Part shown: piece by piece, positions 11,885-24,300 of the stretch
Layout: each line of letters starts with the position of its first letter
Position numbering within the stretch: the stretch's first letter is position 1
Source of the DNA: Eledone cirrhosa
Taxonomy: Eukaryota
DNA length: 64,000 bases
Direction of reading: 5' to 3'
Assembly (NCBI GenBank): GCA_964016885.1
Contig: OZ024740.1
Location: 72,230,001 to 72,294,000, forward strand
Program-made: the position numbers and the translations under genes
Notes under the pieces: generated by a model
Seen by the model: only the letters and a program-made list of their open reading frames with translations
Database searches by the model: none
Told to the model about the DNA's origin: nothing

Positions 11885-14384
11885 GAACAACTGGAAGGAC
11901 TTCAGGAGCTCGGTCTATGAGGCTTCAGCAGAGGTCCTTGGCTTTGTCACAAGAAAACAAGGACTGGTTTGATGAAAATGACCAGGAGGTCAAGGCTCTG
12001 CTAGACAGAAAACAAAAGGCACTTGATGCAGTTCTTAAAGGTGGTAGCTCTGTTGGTGACAATTATGAGCGTTACAGACAGGTAAAGAAGGAAGTGCAGG
12101 TGAAACTCGGGGCTATGCAAAATACCTGGTGGAGCAACAAAGCAGATGAAGTTCAAGTGGCATCTGACGGCAACAATGTCAAACTGCCGCACTTTCTACT
12201 CACAGAGGTGTATGGCCCTTTCAGCTCTCCAGTGGCCCCTTTGAGATCGAAAGATGGCAAGCAATTACTGCGTGATCCAAAAGACACTCGACAGATAGAG
12301 AGATCACTTTGATGAGCTCTTAAACCAGGTTGATGATGATTTCATTTGTTCCATTCCTATTGAACCAGAGAAGCATGAGATGGCTAATGTATCTTCTCTT
12401 GCAGAGGGGACTTCTGTTGTGCATAAGATGAACTGTGGTAAGTCTCTTGGTATGGATGGTCTGAGTGGAGCGGTTTTGAAGTGTGGTGGTGAAAACTTCA
12501 GGCAGCGCATGACTGACCTCATGAAAATGGTGTGGGAAGATGAGAATGTCCCACAAGAAGGATGCGCTCATGGTGATTCTCCATAAAGGAAAGGACGGCA
12601 AGGACAATGTGGCAATTATCATGTCATATCCTTTCTTTCAGTAGTTGGTAAAGTCGTGTCGAATATTGATGGATAGATTGATCCCAAGAGTTGCTCTGAA
12701 TGTGTTGCCTGAGTCGCAGTGTGGGTTCAGAAACGAAAGAGCAACAGTGGATATGATCGTTTCTGCTCGGCAGCTGCAAGAAAAGTGTATCGAACAATGT
12801 AGGGACCTTTACCATGTCTTTGTTGACTTGACAAAGGACTTTGACACTGTCAATCGAACTGCGTTGTGGGAAAAAAATCCAAGGTAGGGTAGAAAATTCT
12901 GCATCTTTTCCATGATGACATGAAGGCTTTGGTCAGTATTGGTAGTAGCATCTCTGAACCAATATCAGTTAAAAATGAAGTGAAGCAGGGGGGATATTCC
13001 GGTTCCAACTCTGTTTTCCTTATATTTTACGATAGTGTTTCTCATGGCATTCAAATATTGTTCTCATGGGGTTTACATCAGGTATCGCACTTCAGGAAGG
13101 TTGTTCAACACCAGGCGCTTTGGTACAAGCACAAAAGTATTAACATCTATAATCCGAGAGTTTTTGTATGCAGACGACTGCGATCTTTTTGCACACTCAC
13201 AAAGTGACATGCAGCATATTATGAACTCATTTTCTGCAGCTTGCAGCACTTTGGGCGTCACAATAAGCTTGGAAAAGACTGTTGTGATGTATCAGCCAGT
13301 ACCTGGAAACGAGTACACTGCACCAAGTGTGTACGTGTACGGAAAGAGGCTAAAAGTTGCTGACAAGTTTGTTTACCGTGGTAGTACGTTGAACACTTCA
13401 TGCACACATGATAATGAAATATCCTTAAGAATCAAGAAAGCCAGTGATGCTTTTGGACGGCTGCATCAACGTTTATGGTCCAGACGAGGTATCACTATCG
13501 AAACCAAGGTGAAAGTGTATCTGACTTGTGTCGTCTCCTCTTTACTTTATTTTTGTGAAACGTGGGTCATATACAGAAAGCACCTCAAGGATCTGGAGAG
13601 ATTTCACCAACAATCTCTTCATAAGTTACTTGGGGTGTGGTGGAAAATGTTCGCCAGTGATTTGGAAGTTCTAGAACGGAGCAGGTGCATGACTATAGAG
13701 AGCATGATCTTTCGGTGTCGGTTGAGGTGGTGTGGACACGTGGTCCGGATGTCTGATGATCGTATTCCAAAGCAACTTCTCTATGGAGAACTGTGTGAAG
13801 GAAAGCGACCACCACATAAACCAAAAAGGCGGTACCGAGACTGTGTCAGGGGCACCTTGGCTTGTGCTGGAATTTCATCTGACGAATGGGATAAAATGGC
13901 TGACGAGCGTGTGAAGTGGAGACGTTTGATCAAGTCAGGTGGTGAACACTTTGAAACTCGTCGGAGAGGACACCTAACACTGAAAAGGAAGGTGAGGATT
14001 GAGACTGTTCTGAACTGCCTGATGTTGAACATCATCTGGTTTGCCAGCACTGTGGTCGAGTCAGCTTGAGCAAAGCTGGTTTGATTAGACATGAACAAAG
14101 TCATATCAGTAGACCTCATGTAGATTATGATCTGAAAAGGTGTAAGAAATGTACAAGCATGGGAGGTCTTAAAAGATACATGTGAACATACAGCCAGAAC
14201 AAAGCAATGGAAGGTTTCGGGGGAGCCTAAAGTTTCCATGTGTGTGCCAGAGGGTGCAAGTATTTGGCTCGTTTAAAGAGTCACATTTGTGCTTCACATT
14301 TTTGAACATTTTATCGGACGATGGCAATACTTGAACACGAGTTTGCAGCCACCATGTAGTATGTATGTATGTATGTATGTATGT
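11885..14384 (+). pseudogene. 5'-truncated, frameshifted RTE/BovB-type LINE (RT plus C-terminal C2H2 fingers)
   Basis: LPESQCGFR, VFVDLTKDFDTV, FLYADDCDL, RLRWCGHVVRM, IPKQLLYGEL; (tatg)n tail at 14358-14384. Confidence 0.9.
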
Positions 14385-14935
14385 CGGGTCACTCTTGACT
14401 GCTATTGGTAACATATAACCCAGTACAACCTGTCGTATGGTCGGGTCGTCGGCGACTAAACCGGCAACCCCACCAAGTTTACTTGGTGAGGAGGGTGATT
14501 TTGGACACTCTGCAGGACAAAAAATAAAACCTGACAAAGGGCGGAAGATCTCATAAGAGTCAACGGCCATCCAAAAGTGTGTAAATATGTATATACACAT
14601 GTACATATGTATGTATATGTATATGTGTATATACATGGGTGCATGTGTATGTACATGCGCGGGGACATAGAAATAATCGGGCTGGACACTCGATCGCGCG
14701 GTTAAACCACTAGGAGTGAAGGACCCCTAGCCTTTGTCAGGGCATTCTTCTAGGAGAAGGCAACTCAGGAAACTGGGATAATTCCGATATAAAACCTGTG
14801 GCTCAGTAGTTACCGATGATGTTGATATTTTCTTCTTTTCGGGTTATAGCTACTGTCGCTCAGAGAGTGGGATTGGCTCAGTGCACAGTCTTTCCTCATT
14901 TAAAAAAATATCTTCATGCACAGGCATTGCACGAT
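14385..14935 (+). mobile_element. Probable RTE-type 5' UTR fragment(s)
   Basis: GC-richer segment with ctaggagaaggcaactc motif, which I recall from RTE 5' UTRs; interrupted by microsatellite. Confidence 0.35.
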
Positions 14936-14959
14936 AGAATTAATTAATAATTATTAATA

Positions 14960-15400
14960 ATGGATACTCCTTGGAACGAAGACGGGAGAGATACGCAGGG
15001 ATATACATATGGAAAATCCTGGAGGGACTAGCGCCAAACTTTGGTATTGAGAGCGGGACCAACCCCCGAACAGGACGTCACTGTGTGGTCTTCCACATCT
15101 AGAACAAGAAGCAGATATTGCAATAGACTGGGGTTCAAAGGCCCTCAACTCTTCAACAAACTGCCGAGGGATTTGAGAGATATACATGGTGGCCGTTGAT
15201 ATTTTCAAGAAACTTCTCGACACCCTGTTATCCAGGATCCCGGATGAGCCCACATCACGGTACGAAGGTAACTTAAGGGCAGCAGCAACGAACTCCCTCT
15301 TACATCAATGGCCAGCCAACACAGGCTGGAGATAGAATGTGTAGCAACAAGGGCAGTGCCCAATCATGGTCTCAGCCGGATGGCTGGAACAACTAAAAGA
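14960..15400 (+). pseudogene. CR1-group LINE 3' end fragment
   Basis: YSLERRRERYAGIYIWKILEGLAPN...GPQLFNKLP...FKKLLD..LSRIPDEP. Confidence 0.7.
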
Positions 15401-15718
15401 GTATATATATATAATTAATATAGAAATGGCTTCAACAGGACTAGAACTGTTTCATTCGGAGGAAATCATCAGAAAAGCCGACTGTCAATGTAATATGGTG
15501 GTATTTATACATTTTCTGGTGGTAGGGGAGGGTAGTAAATTGATGCTAAGTAGACAAACACATACACACTGACAGGCACTCCTAATTTTCAAGATTCATT
15601 TATTCCAAACAAAGGGTTTTCATTGAGTGGCAATATTAAAATGCTCTGCTAAAAGATATAAATATGTGTGTGTGCGTTTGTGTATATATATATATGTGTG
15701 TGTTTGTGTATATATATA

Positions 15719-17270
15719 TCATCATCATCATCATCATCATCATTTTACGTCCGCTTTTCCCTGCTTGCAAGGGTGGGACGGGTCTTATTCAGCACAGCAT
15801 CTCTCCACTCGTCACGGTCCCTCGTCATCTCCACTGTGAGCTTCAATGATCTGAGGTCTGTTCTCACCACCTCCGCCCATGTTTTTCGTGGTCTACCTCT
15901 ACCACGTCTTCCTTCAACTGGCATTTCCTGGCACTTCTTCACCCATCGGTCATCCTCCATGCGCATCACATGTCCATACCACCTCAGTCTCCTCTCCCGT
16001 ACACTACATTCTATCCCTCTCAGACACAGTTTCTCTCTCAATACATTTATGCTGGGTCGTTCACGCACATTTACACTGCACATCCAACGGAGCATGCTTG
16101 CCTCATTTCTCTCCAGCCGTCGCATATCTTCTGCGGTTGCTGCCCATGTCTCACTACCATGCAGCATCGCGCTCCTCACACAGGCATCATACAACCGGCC
16201 TTTCGTACGCAGGGAGAAACCCTTCTTCGTCAACAGAGGAAGCAGCTCCCTAAACTTCTTCCAACCCGTCCTTATTCTAGATACTATGGCCTCGGAACAC
16301 CCTCCTCCCATGCTAATCTGATCTCCTAGGTACCGGAAGCTATCCACCACTTCTATAGCGCCCTCTCGCATTTGAAAAATGTGTCTATCAGTGCGACTTC
16401 TACTGTCTAATTTCCCTGTACATCTACTGCATACATATTTCTCCCTACCTGTTAGTTTGCCTGCTATCCCGCTACATCTCTTGTGTACCCAGGACCTACA
16501 TTGTGTGCATTTTATAGAATTTATGCCAGTTCCTTTTCTGCATATCGAACATGGCCATTTCCCTGACGGAATCAGGGTTTTGTCCTCTTTTCTACTCATC
16601 AACACTTTTGTCTTAGCTAGATTTACTCTCAGTCCTCTTGCTTCCAACTGCTGTTTCCATAGCCGGAATTTATTCTCTAGCTCCTCTACTGATTCTGCCA
16701 TAAGAGCCAGATCGTCAGCATAGAGAAGTTCCGATGGACAGCCAGTCTTAAACTCCTCTGTTATGGCTTGGAGGACTATAATGAACAAGAGCGGGCTGAG
16801 GACCGAACCCTGATGTACTCCTACTTGTATCTGGAATTCCTCACTAAACTCCATTCCTACCCTGACTTTACTGAGAGTACCTCTGTACAAAGTTTGCACT
16901 GTCCTTACAAGCCATTCCTCAACACCCAGCTTCCTTAGGGACCACCAGATGACAGATCGGGGTACCCTATCAAAGGCCTTCTCTAGGTCAACAAAGGCTA
17001 AGTATAGTGGCTTATTCTTCTCTAAGAACCTCTCTTGCATTTGTCTCACCAAGAAGAGGGCATCTGTTGTACTCTTCCCAGGCACAAAACCAAACTGCAT
17101 CTCATCTAGTTTGACCCTTTCTCTAATTAGTTGTGCTAAAATCCTTTCTGCCACTTTCATAACCTGATCTATCAGTTTTATACCCCTATAATTGCTCCTC
17201 TCCAAAGCATCCCCTTTACCTTTGTAGCAATTTATGAGAATACTGCTGCACCAGTCTTTGGGTATGACAC
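15719..17270 (-). mobile_element. 5'-truncated RTE LINE with (GAT)n tail, inserted in TA/TG microsatellite
   Basis: Uninterrupted RT frame; tail ggacgtaaaa(tga)n. Confidence 0.95.
15745..17270 (-). CDS. RTE reverse transcriptase with PHD-like Cys-rich insertion (C-terminal ~508 aa, no native start)
   Basis: QFGFVPG, FVDLEKAFDRV, GVHQGSVLSPLLF, LLYADD, CSIC..C..C..WVHKRC..CSRC, RLRWYGHV; no stops. Confidence 0.9.
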
Positions 17271-17271
17271 C

Positions 17272-17302
<31 letters not shown>

Positions 17303-17304
<2 letters not shown>

Positions 17305-18060
17305 CAAATTTCAATAATATTAAGGCACCCTAATGGGAGTTAAACACCCTATAGTGAAAAGTTTGGCCAATAAATGGAACAAGATTTTACGAACTCCTAT
17401 GGTTTTGGAGATAGACCCCCATAACCATATATATTCTGAAACTACATTGCCCAGGGTACTTGTATAAGTATATTTCATTTTAATCAAAGGGTTCATCGGG
17501 GGCACAAAACCGCCGCTGAAACTTTACCTTCGATTTATATGATAATTAAACCATAGGTAAATGACAAGATATGATGCCTATTCACAAAATTTCAGCAAAT
17601 TTCAATAAAATTAAAATACCCTAATGGGGGTTAAACCCCCTATTAGGGTTCACCGGTGGCACAAACCTCTGCTGAAAATGTTTTCCCTTCGATTTATATG
17701 CAATTTAAACCATAGGTAAACGACAAGATATGATGCCTATTCACATCATTTCAGCAAATTTCAATAAAATTACAATACCCTAATGGGGTTAAACCCCCTA
17801 TTAGGGTTCACCAGGGGCACAAAATCCCCACTGAAAATTTTTTCGGTTCGATTTATATGCAATTTAAACCATAGATAAATGAAGAGATATGCTGCCTATT
17901 CACAAAATTTTTATACTATAAGACACCTTAATGGTGGTTAAACCCCCTATTAGGGTTCCCCAGGGGTACAAACCCCCGCTGAAAACTTTTCCCTTTCGAT
18001 TTATATGAAACTTAAACCATAGGTAAATGACAAGATATGATGCCTATTCACAAAAGTTTT
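17303..18060. repeat. ~155-bp tandem repeat, about 4 copies plus a partial
   Basis: agggttc...ttcgatttatatg...aaaccataggtaaatgacaagatatgatgcctattcac recurring near 17488, 17645, 17803, 17952. Confidence 0.85.
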
Positions 18061-18339
18061 CAATTGATATTTTGAAAAAAATTATTTACAAGAAACAAAA
18101 TAAGAATAAGATTTAATAATGCAATTTTGATTTGATATATTACAAAAAATGATGTTTTCCAATTTTTCATGCATTATATTTTACATTGAGTAATATTGAA
18201 TTTTTTCCATAAATTATATCACTGATTTAAAATCAATCATCATTTTCTTACAAAAAATATGTCTGAAACACAGCAAGGCGCTGGTAATTCGGCTAGTATA
18301 TATATATATGTGAGTGTGTGTATATATATATGTGTGTGT

Positions 18340-19070
18340 GTGTGTGTGCTCATTATGTAGGAGAGGTGTAGGTAGAAACTCCATCCTCTGCCCCATATGC
18401 AAACTATGGGTACACAAGAGATGTAGTGGGTTCTCGGGAAGTTTAGTTAAGAATGTAGGCTTTACATGTAGCAGTTGCACCAGGACAGTAAGCAGCAAAC
18501 AATCACTGAAAACAAGTGACATCAAAGTCTGGGAGGACTTGGTAAAAACAATACCGAATTAGCAGCGGAGTTGGGGGGTGTTCTGAAAGAACAGGATGGA
18601 AGAAGTTGAGGGAGCTACTGCCACAGCTGGATGCAAAAGGCTTTTCCCTCAGAATAAAAGGTAGACTGTATGATGTGTGCATATGAACGGCAATGTTGCA
18701 TGGTAGTGAGAGCTGGGCGCTGTGTGTAGAAGACTTGCGTAGATTAGAAAGGAATGAAGCTTGTATGCCCCGATGGATGTGTAATAGTAATATACGCGAA
18801 CAGCAAAGCATAAACAAACTGAAAGAGAAACTAGGCATAAGAGGAATCAAATGTTGTGTGCAGGAGAGGAGATTATGTTGGTATGGACATGTGATTCGTA
18901 TGAAGGATGACAGCTACATAAAGTCCCAGAAAGACTTGAGATGAAGTGATAAAAGCCGACCTTGCCCAATTGCACCTCTGAAAGGCAGTTATGCGGTAAT
19001 ACATAAACCCCAACTTCCCACGGGCCCAGGCCAAGGCTGAAACATACATACAGTATGCACCACTCCATCC
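18340..19070 (+). pseudogene. Degraded 3' fragment of a related RTE family
   Basis: CSLCRRGVGRNSILCPICKLWVHKRCSG; MLHGSESWA..RLERNEA; RRLCWYGHV. Confidence 0.85.
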
Positions 19071-19084
19071 CACCCGCCAATATA

Positions 19085-19695
19085 TCTTTCATGAGAACAG
19101 GCCGAAACACTGTAAAGTGGTCGTGATGGTGACACGGTAAAAAACACCCAGTCCACACTGTAAAGTAGTCGTGGAGGAATCACAACAAAAAACACCCAGT
19201 ACTCACTGTAAATGAGCTTGGCATTAGGAAGGGCATCCAGCTGTAGAAACCAAGCCAAAATCAGTTCTTTATGAGCAAGACATGGTCACTTGACCTAACA
19301 TTGCCAACAATAGAAGGCACATGGCTTAGTGGTTAGAGCATTGGGCTTGCAATTGAAAGGCTGTGAGTTCAATTCTTTGACTGGGTGATGTGTTGTTTCC
19401 TTGAGCAAGACACTTTATTTCACATTGCTCCAGTTTACTCAGCTGTAGAAATGAGATGATAGGACTGGGGTCCCTATCATTCCACTGTAAAGTGGTCGTG
19501 GAGGTGCCACGGCAAAAAAAAAAAACACCCAGCACTCACTGTAAATGAGGTTGGTGTTAGGAAGGGCATCCAGCTATAGAAATCAAGACAGAATCAGTTC
19601 CCGTATGAGCAAGACAAGGTCAGCCGACCGGATACTGCCCACAACAGTACAACCCATGCTAGCGTAGAAGAACTGACATAAAATGATGATGATGA
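19085..19695 (+). mobile_element. Tandem SINE pair: partial copy plus full tRNA-CORE-RTE SINE (19314-19695)
   Basis: ggcttagtggttagagc / gagttcaattc boxes, ccttgagcaagacact core, taggaagggcatccagc body, (gat)n tail. Confidence 0.85.
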
Positions 19696-19766
19696 AATAT
19701 AACAGAGTTTTATAGCTTGCTTGAAGCATTGATGAATAGGAAACACAAATTTAAATTTTGAAAACC

Positions 19767-20090
19767 AAGTTGAGGGCCTTTGAACCCCAGGCTATTGCAA
19801 TAGCTGCTCCTGATTCTAGATGTGGAAGACGGGATCTTTGGTACCACACAGTGACGTCCTGTTCGAGAATTGGTCTAGCTCTCAATGCAAAAGTTTGGTC
19901 TTAGTCCCCCCAGGATTTTCCATATGTATATCATTGCACATCTCTCCCATCTTCATTCCGAGGAGTAGAGTTTCAGTTCTTTTAGACTCTCCCAGTAGTT
20001 TATCTCCTTCATCGTGGCAACCTTCTTGGTGTAGCTTCATTGGATTGCTTCAAGCTCCATGGTTAGTTTGATACTATGGGGTGACCACAG
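19767..20090 (-). pseudogene. CR1-group LINE fragment, inverted homolog of 14960-15160
   Basis: Reverse complement matches ...atatacatatggaaaatcctgg...gggttcaaaggccctcaac. Confidence 0.75.
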
Positions 20091-20097
20091 CTGGGAG

Positions 20098-20465
20098 CAT
20101 TCATCATCATTTCATTTTACGTCCACTTTTTCCCTGCTTGCAAGGGTGGGACGGGAACTGATTCTGGCTTGATTTCTACAGCTGGATGCCCTTCCTAACA
20201 CCAACCTCATTTACAGTGAGTGCTGGGTGCTTTTTTCCCATGGCACCTCCACATCCACTTTACAGTGTGGACTGGGTGCTTTTTTGCCGTGGCACCTCCA
20301 CGACCACTTTGCAGTGGAATGATAGGGACCCCAGTCCTATCATCTCATTTCTACAGCTGAGTAAACTGGGCAATGTGAAATAAAGTGTCTTGCTCAAGGA
20401 AACAACACATCACCCGGTGTGAGAATTGAACTCACAACCTTTCGATTGCAAGGCCAATGCTCTCA
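20098..20465 (-). mobile_element. tRNA-CORE-RTE SINE
   Basis: Highly similar to 24118-24457; 3' end matches the RTE LINE end at 15741-15782. Confidence 0.9.
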
Positions 20466-20549
20466 ATATGTATGTATGTATATATATATATATATACACA
20501 CATATATATATAAACTAATATATACACACATATATATATAAACTAATAT

Positions 20550-20636
<87 letters not shown>

Positions 20637-20641
<5 letters not shown>

Positions 20642-21207
20642 ATAATAATACATATGAAGACTAAAATCCAAAGAGGGCTCGATAGGGATAAATATATATC
20701 AATTATATAAGAACCGTAGAGCAAATATTTATTAAAATAACAGATTAAAGTTTAAGCAAAGAATCGGCTGCTTTCACCCTTAATAGGATCTTCTGAAACT
20801 AAAAAAAATCAATCTGTGAACGCAGAAGTAAATATTTCGAAAAACATTGCAACCGAAGGAAGACAGGAAGATGATACTTTGGTTCGTGGAGACGTAGTTT
20901 TAGGTATTTCTTCCTGCTTGGTACGGGTATGTTCTTTGTAAAAATATTCAGATGTTTCTGCATGATGAATATAAGTCAATAGAGTACTCAGTCAAGGGAG
21001 CCAAATAGTAATAATAATAAATTTGAAGACTAACATCCAAAGAGGGCTCGATAAGGATAAATATATATCAAATATATAAGAACCGTAGAGCAAATATTTA
21101 TTAAAATAACAGATTAAAGTTTAAGCAAAGAATCGGCTGCTTTCACCCTTAATGGGATCTTCTGAAACTAAAAAAAATCAATCTGTGAATGCAGAAGTAA
21201 ATATTTC
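20637..21207 (-). mobile_element. PLE pseudo-LTR-like direct repeat (369-bp period, ~1.5 copies)
   Basis: ~200 bp repeated at 20637 and 21006, abutting (TA)n; variant hammerhead core CAGAAGA-stem-GAAA; third copy at 41742-41865. Confidence 0.6.
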
Positions 21208-21329
21208 TAAGCCGACCTTTCCCAATTGCACCTCTCAAGGGCAATGACACAGGACCATGACCTCTGGTGTCACACAGTAATACAGAAGACCCGACTTTCC
21301 ACAGGAACATATAGACAATATTTGTTTTC

Positions 21330-24300
21330 CTTTGTTTTTTTATGTCCTATCAACTAATCCGACCTCCAAAATGCTTGCAATTGACTATTTTTTTAGCATA
21401 TTAACAACAAATATGATTTCCACTGTATTTAAAAATGACTAGCTTTGTGAATGGTTTTTCCACCCACTTTCTGCCTTCATTTTTCTACAAAGCTAATCAT
21501 TGAAGATAGGTTTCAAAGTTATATTCATTCGTAATATGTGAAAAAAAATAGTCACTGCGAGCATTGGTGTGATGTAAATGGTAGGAATAGGTGTTCTATA
21601 ATAAATTTACCATATGGTGAAGTATGGTTATGGTGAAGTATATGGTGTGGATTGGGGTAGATTAACGTGCTGTGGTGTACTTTGTTATAAGTGAGGATTT
21701 AAATTTTCACTTTGATTTATGTTAGAAAAAAATTTTTCCTTCATTTTTGCATGTGCTATCAACTACCAAGATGCTCGCAGTGGACTATGCTTTTAGCATA
21801 TTAACAAAAAATATGACTTCCGCTGCAATAAAAAATGACTAGCTTTGTAAATGGTATTTCCACCCACATCCTCCCTCTTTTTTCTACAAAGCTTGTCATT
21901 TTCATCAGGTTTCCATGTCATAACCATTGATAATATGTGCATAAAATAGTAATTTGCGAGCACCATTTATGTCAAATTGGGTGGTAAGCACAAAAAAAAA
22001 AAAAAAATTGCCGGATTAAAATTTGTCACACCAAAATCAATAGCTTGGTGTGATGTAAGTATGGTGTAGTTTGGTGAAGTTTCTACAAAGATAGTCATTT
22101 TCGACAGGTTTCCAATTGATAAGTGGAAAAAAAATAATCAATTGGGAGCACCTTTAATGTCAGATTGGGTGGTAAGCACACACTAAAAAAAAAAAAGGAA
22201 ACGGGAAGAAAATGTTTCACACCAAGATCAATAGCTTGGTGTGATGTAGTATGGTGTAACTTGGTATGGTGTGGTTTGGTTTGGTTTGGTGAAGTTATGA
22301 AATGGAAACCAATTGTAAATGATAGATTCCCATGTCATATTAATTGATAATGTGGGAAAATAGTCATTTGCAAGCACCTTTGATGTTAGTTTGAGGTGGT
22401 AACCACAAAAAAAAAAAAAAGCAGGTAGCAACTTCGTCACATTGATGTCCATACCATGGTGTGATGTAAATGGTAGTAGTAGGTGTTTCGTAATAAATTT
22501 ACCATATAGTGAAGTATGGTTATGGTGTGGATTGGGGTAGATTAATGTGCTGTGGCGTGCTTTGTTATAAGTGAGGATTTAAATTTCCACTTTGATTTAT
22601 GTTAGAAAAAAAATTTTTCCTTCATTTTTGCATGTGCTATCAACTTCCAAGATGCTCCCAGTGGACTATGCTTTTAGCATATTAACAAAAAATATGACTT
22701 CCGCTGCAATAAAAAATAGCTAGCTTTGTAAATGGTATTTCCACCCACATCCTCCCTCTTTTTTCTACAAAACTAGTCATTTTCATCAGGTTTCCATGTC
22801 ATAACCATTGATAATATGTGCATAAAATAGTAATTTGCGAGCACCATTTATGTCAAATTGGGTGGTACGCACACTAAAAAAAAAAAAAAAATGCCAAATG
22901 AAAATTTGTCACACCAAAATCAATAGCTTGGTGTGATGTAGTATGGTGTGGTTTGGTGAAGTTTCTACAAAGATAGTCATTTTCGACAGGTTTCCATGTC
23001 ATAATTATTGATATGTGAAAAAAAAAAGTAAATTGGGAGCACCTTTAATGTCAGATTGGGTAGTAAGCACACAGAAAAAAAATGTTTCACACAAAAATCA
23101 ATAGCTTGGTGCGATGTAGTATGGTGTAACTTGGTATGGTGTGGTTTGGTTTGGTTTGGTGAAGTTATGAAATGGAAACCAATTGTAAACGATAGATTCC
23201 CATGTCATATTCATTGATTAATGTGGGAAAATAGTTATTTGCAAGCACCTTTGATGTTAGTTTGAGGTGGTAACCACAAAAAAAAAAAAAAAGCAAGTAG
23301 CAAATTTGTCACATTAATGTCCATGTTATGTAAATGGTAGGAGTAGGCGTTCTGTAATAAATTTAGCATATAGTGAAGTATGGTTATGGTGAAGTATATG
23401 GTGTGGATTGAAGTAGATTAATGTGCTGTGGTGTGCTTTGTTATAAGTGAGGATTTAAATTTCCACTTTGATTTATGTTAGAAAAAAAAATTTTCCTTCA
23501 TTTTTGCATGTGTTATCAACTTCCAAGAAGCTCGCAGTGGACTATGCTTTTAGCATATTAACAAAAAATATGACTTCTGCTGCAATAAAAAATGACTAGC
23601 TTTGTAAATGGTATTTCCACCCACATCCTCCCCTTTTTTTCTACAAAGCTAGTCATTTTCGACAGTTTTCCATGTCATAATTATTGATAATATGTGCGAA
23701 AAATAGTCAATTGCAGCACCTTTGATGTCAGATTGGGTGGTAAGAAAAACAGACAAAAAAAAAAAAAGAAACAGGAAGAAAATTGTTCACACTGAGATCA
23801 AAAGCATGGTGTGATGTAGAATGGTGTAGTTTGTTGTGGTGTGGTTTGGATTGTTGTAGTTATGACATGGGAACCTATTGCAAATGATAGGTTTCCATGT
23901 TATATACATTGATAATGTGTAAAAAAATAGTCATTTGTGAGCACCTTTGATATCAGATTGGGTGGTAAGCACACACACATACAGAAAAAAAAACAGGAAG
24001 AAAAATGTTCTCACTGAGATTTTTAGCATGGTGTGATGTAGTATGGTGTAGTTTGATGTAGTTTAATGTGGTATGGTTTTCCAACCTCCAACATACTCAC
24101 AGCCGACTATGCTTTTACCATCATCATCATCATCATTTTACGTCCACTTTTCCCTGCTTGCAAGGGTGGGACGGGAACTGATTCTGGCTTGATTTCTACA
24201 GCTGGATGCCCTTCCTAACACCAACCTCATTTACAGTGAGTGCTGGGTGGTTTTTGCCATGGCACCTACACGACTACTTTGCAGTGGAATGATAGGGACA

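Noticed and set aside
19314-19390. tRNA genes at SINE heads (also 43160, 54385)
   Set aside because: A/B boxes run into SINE bodies and no complete cloverleaf is evident.
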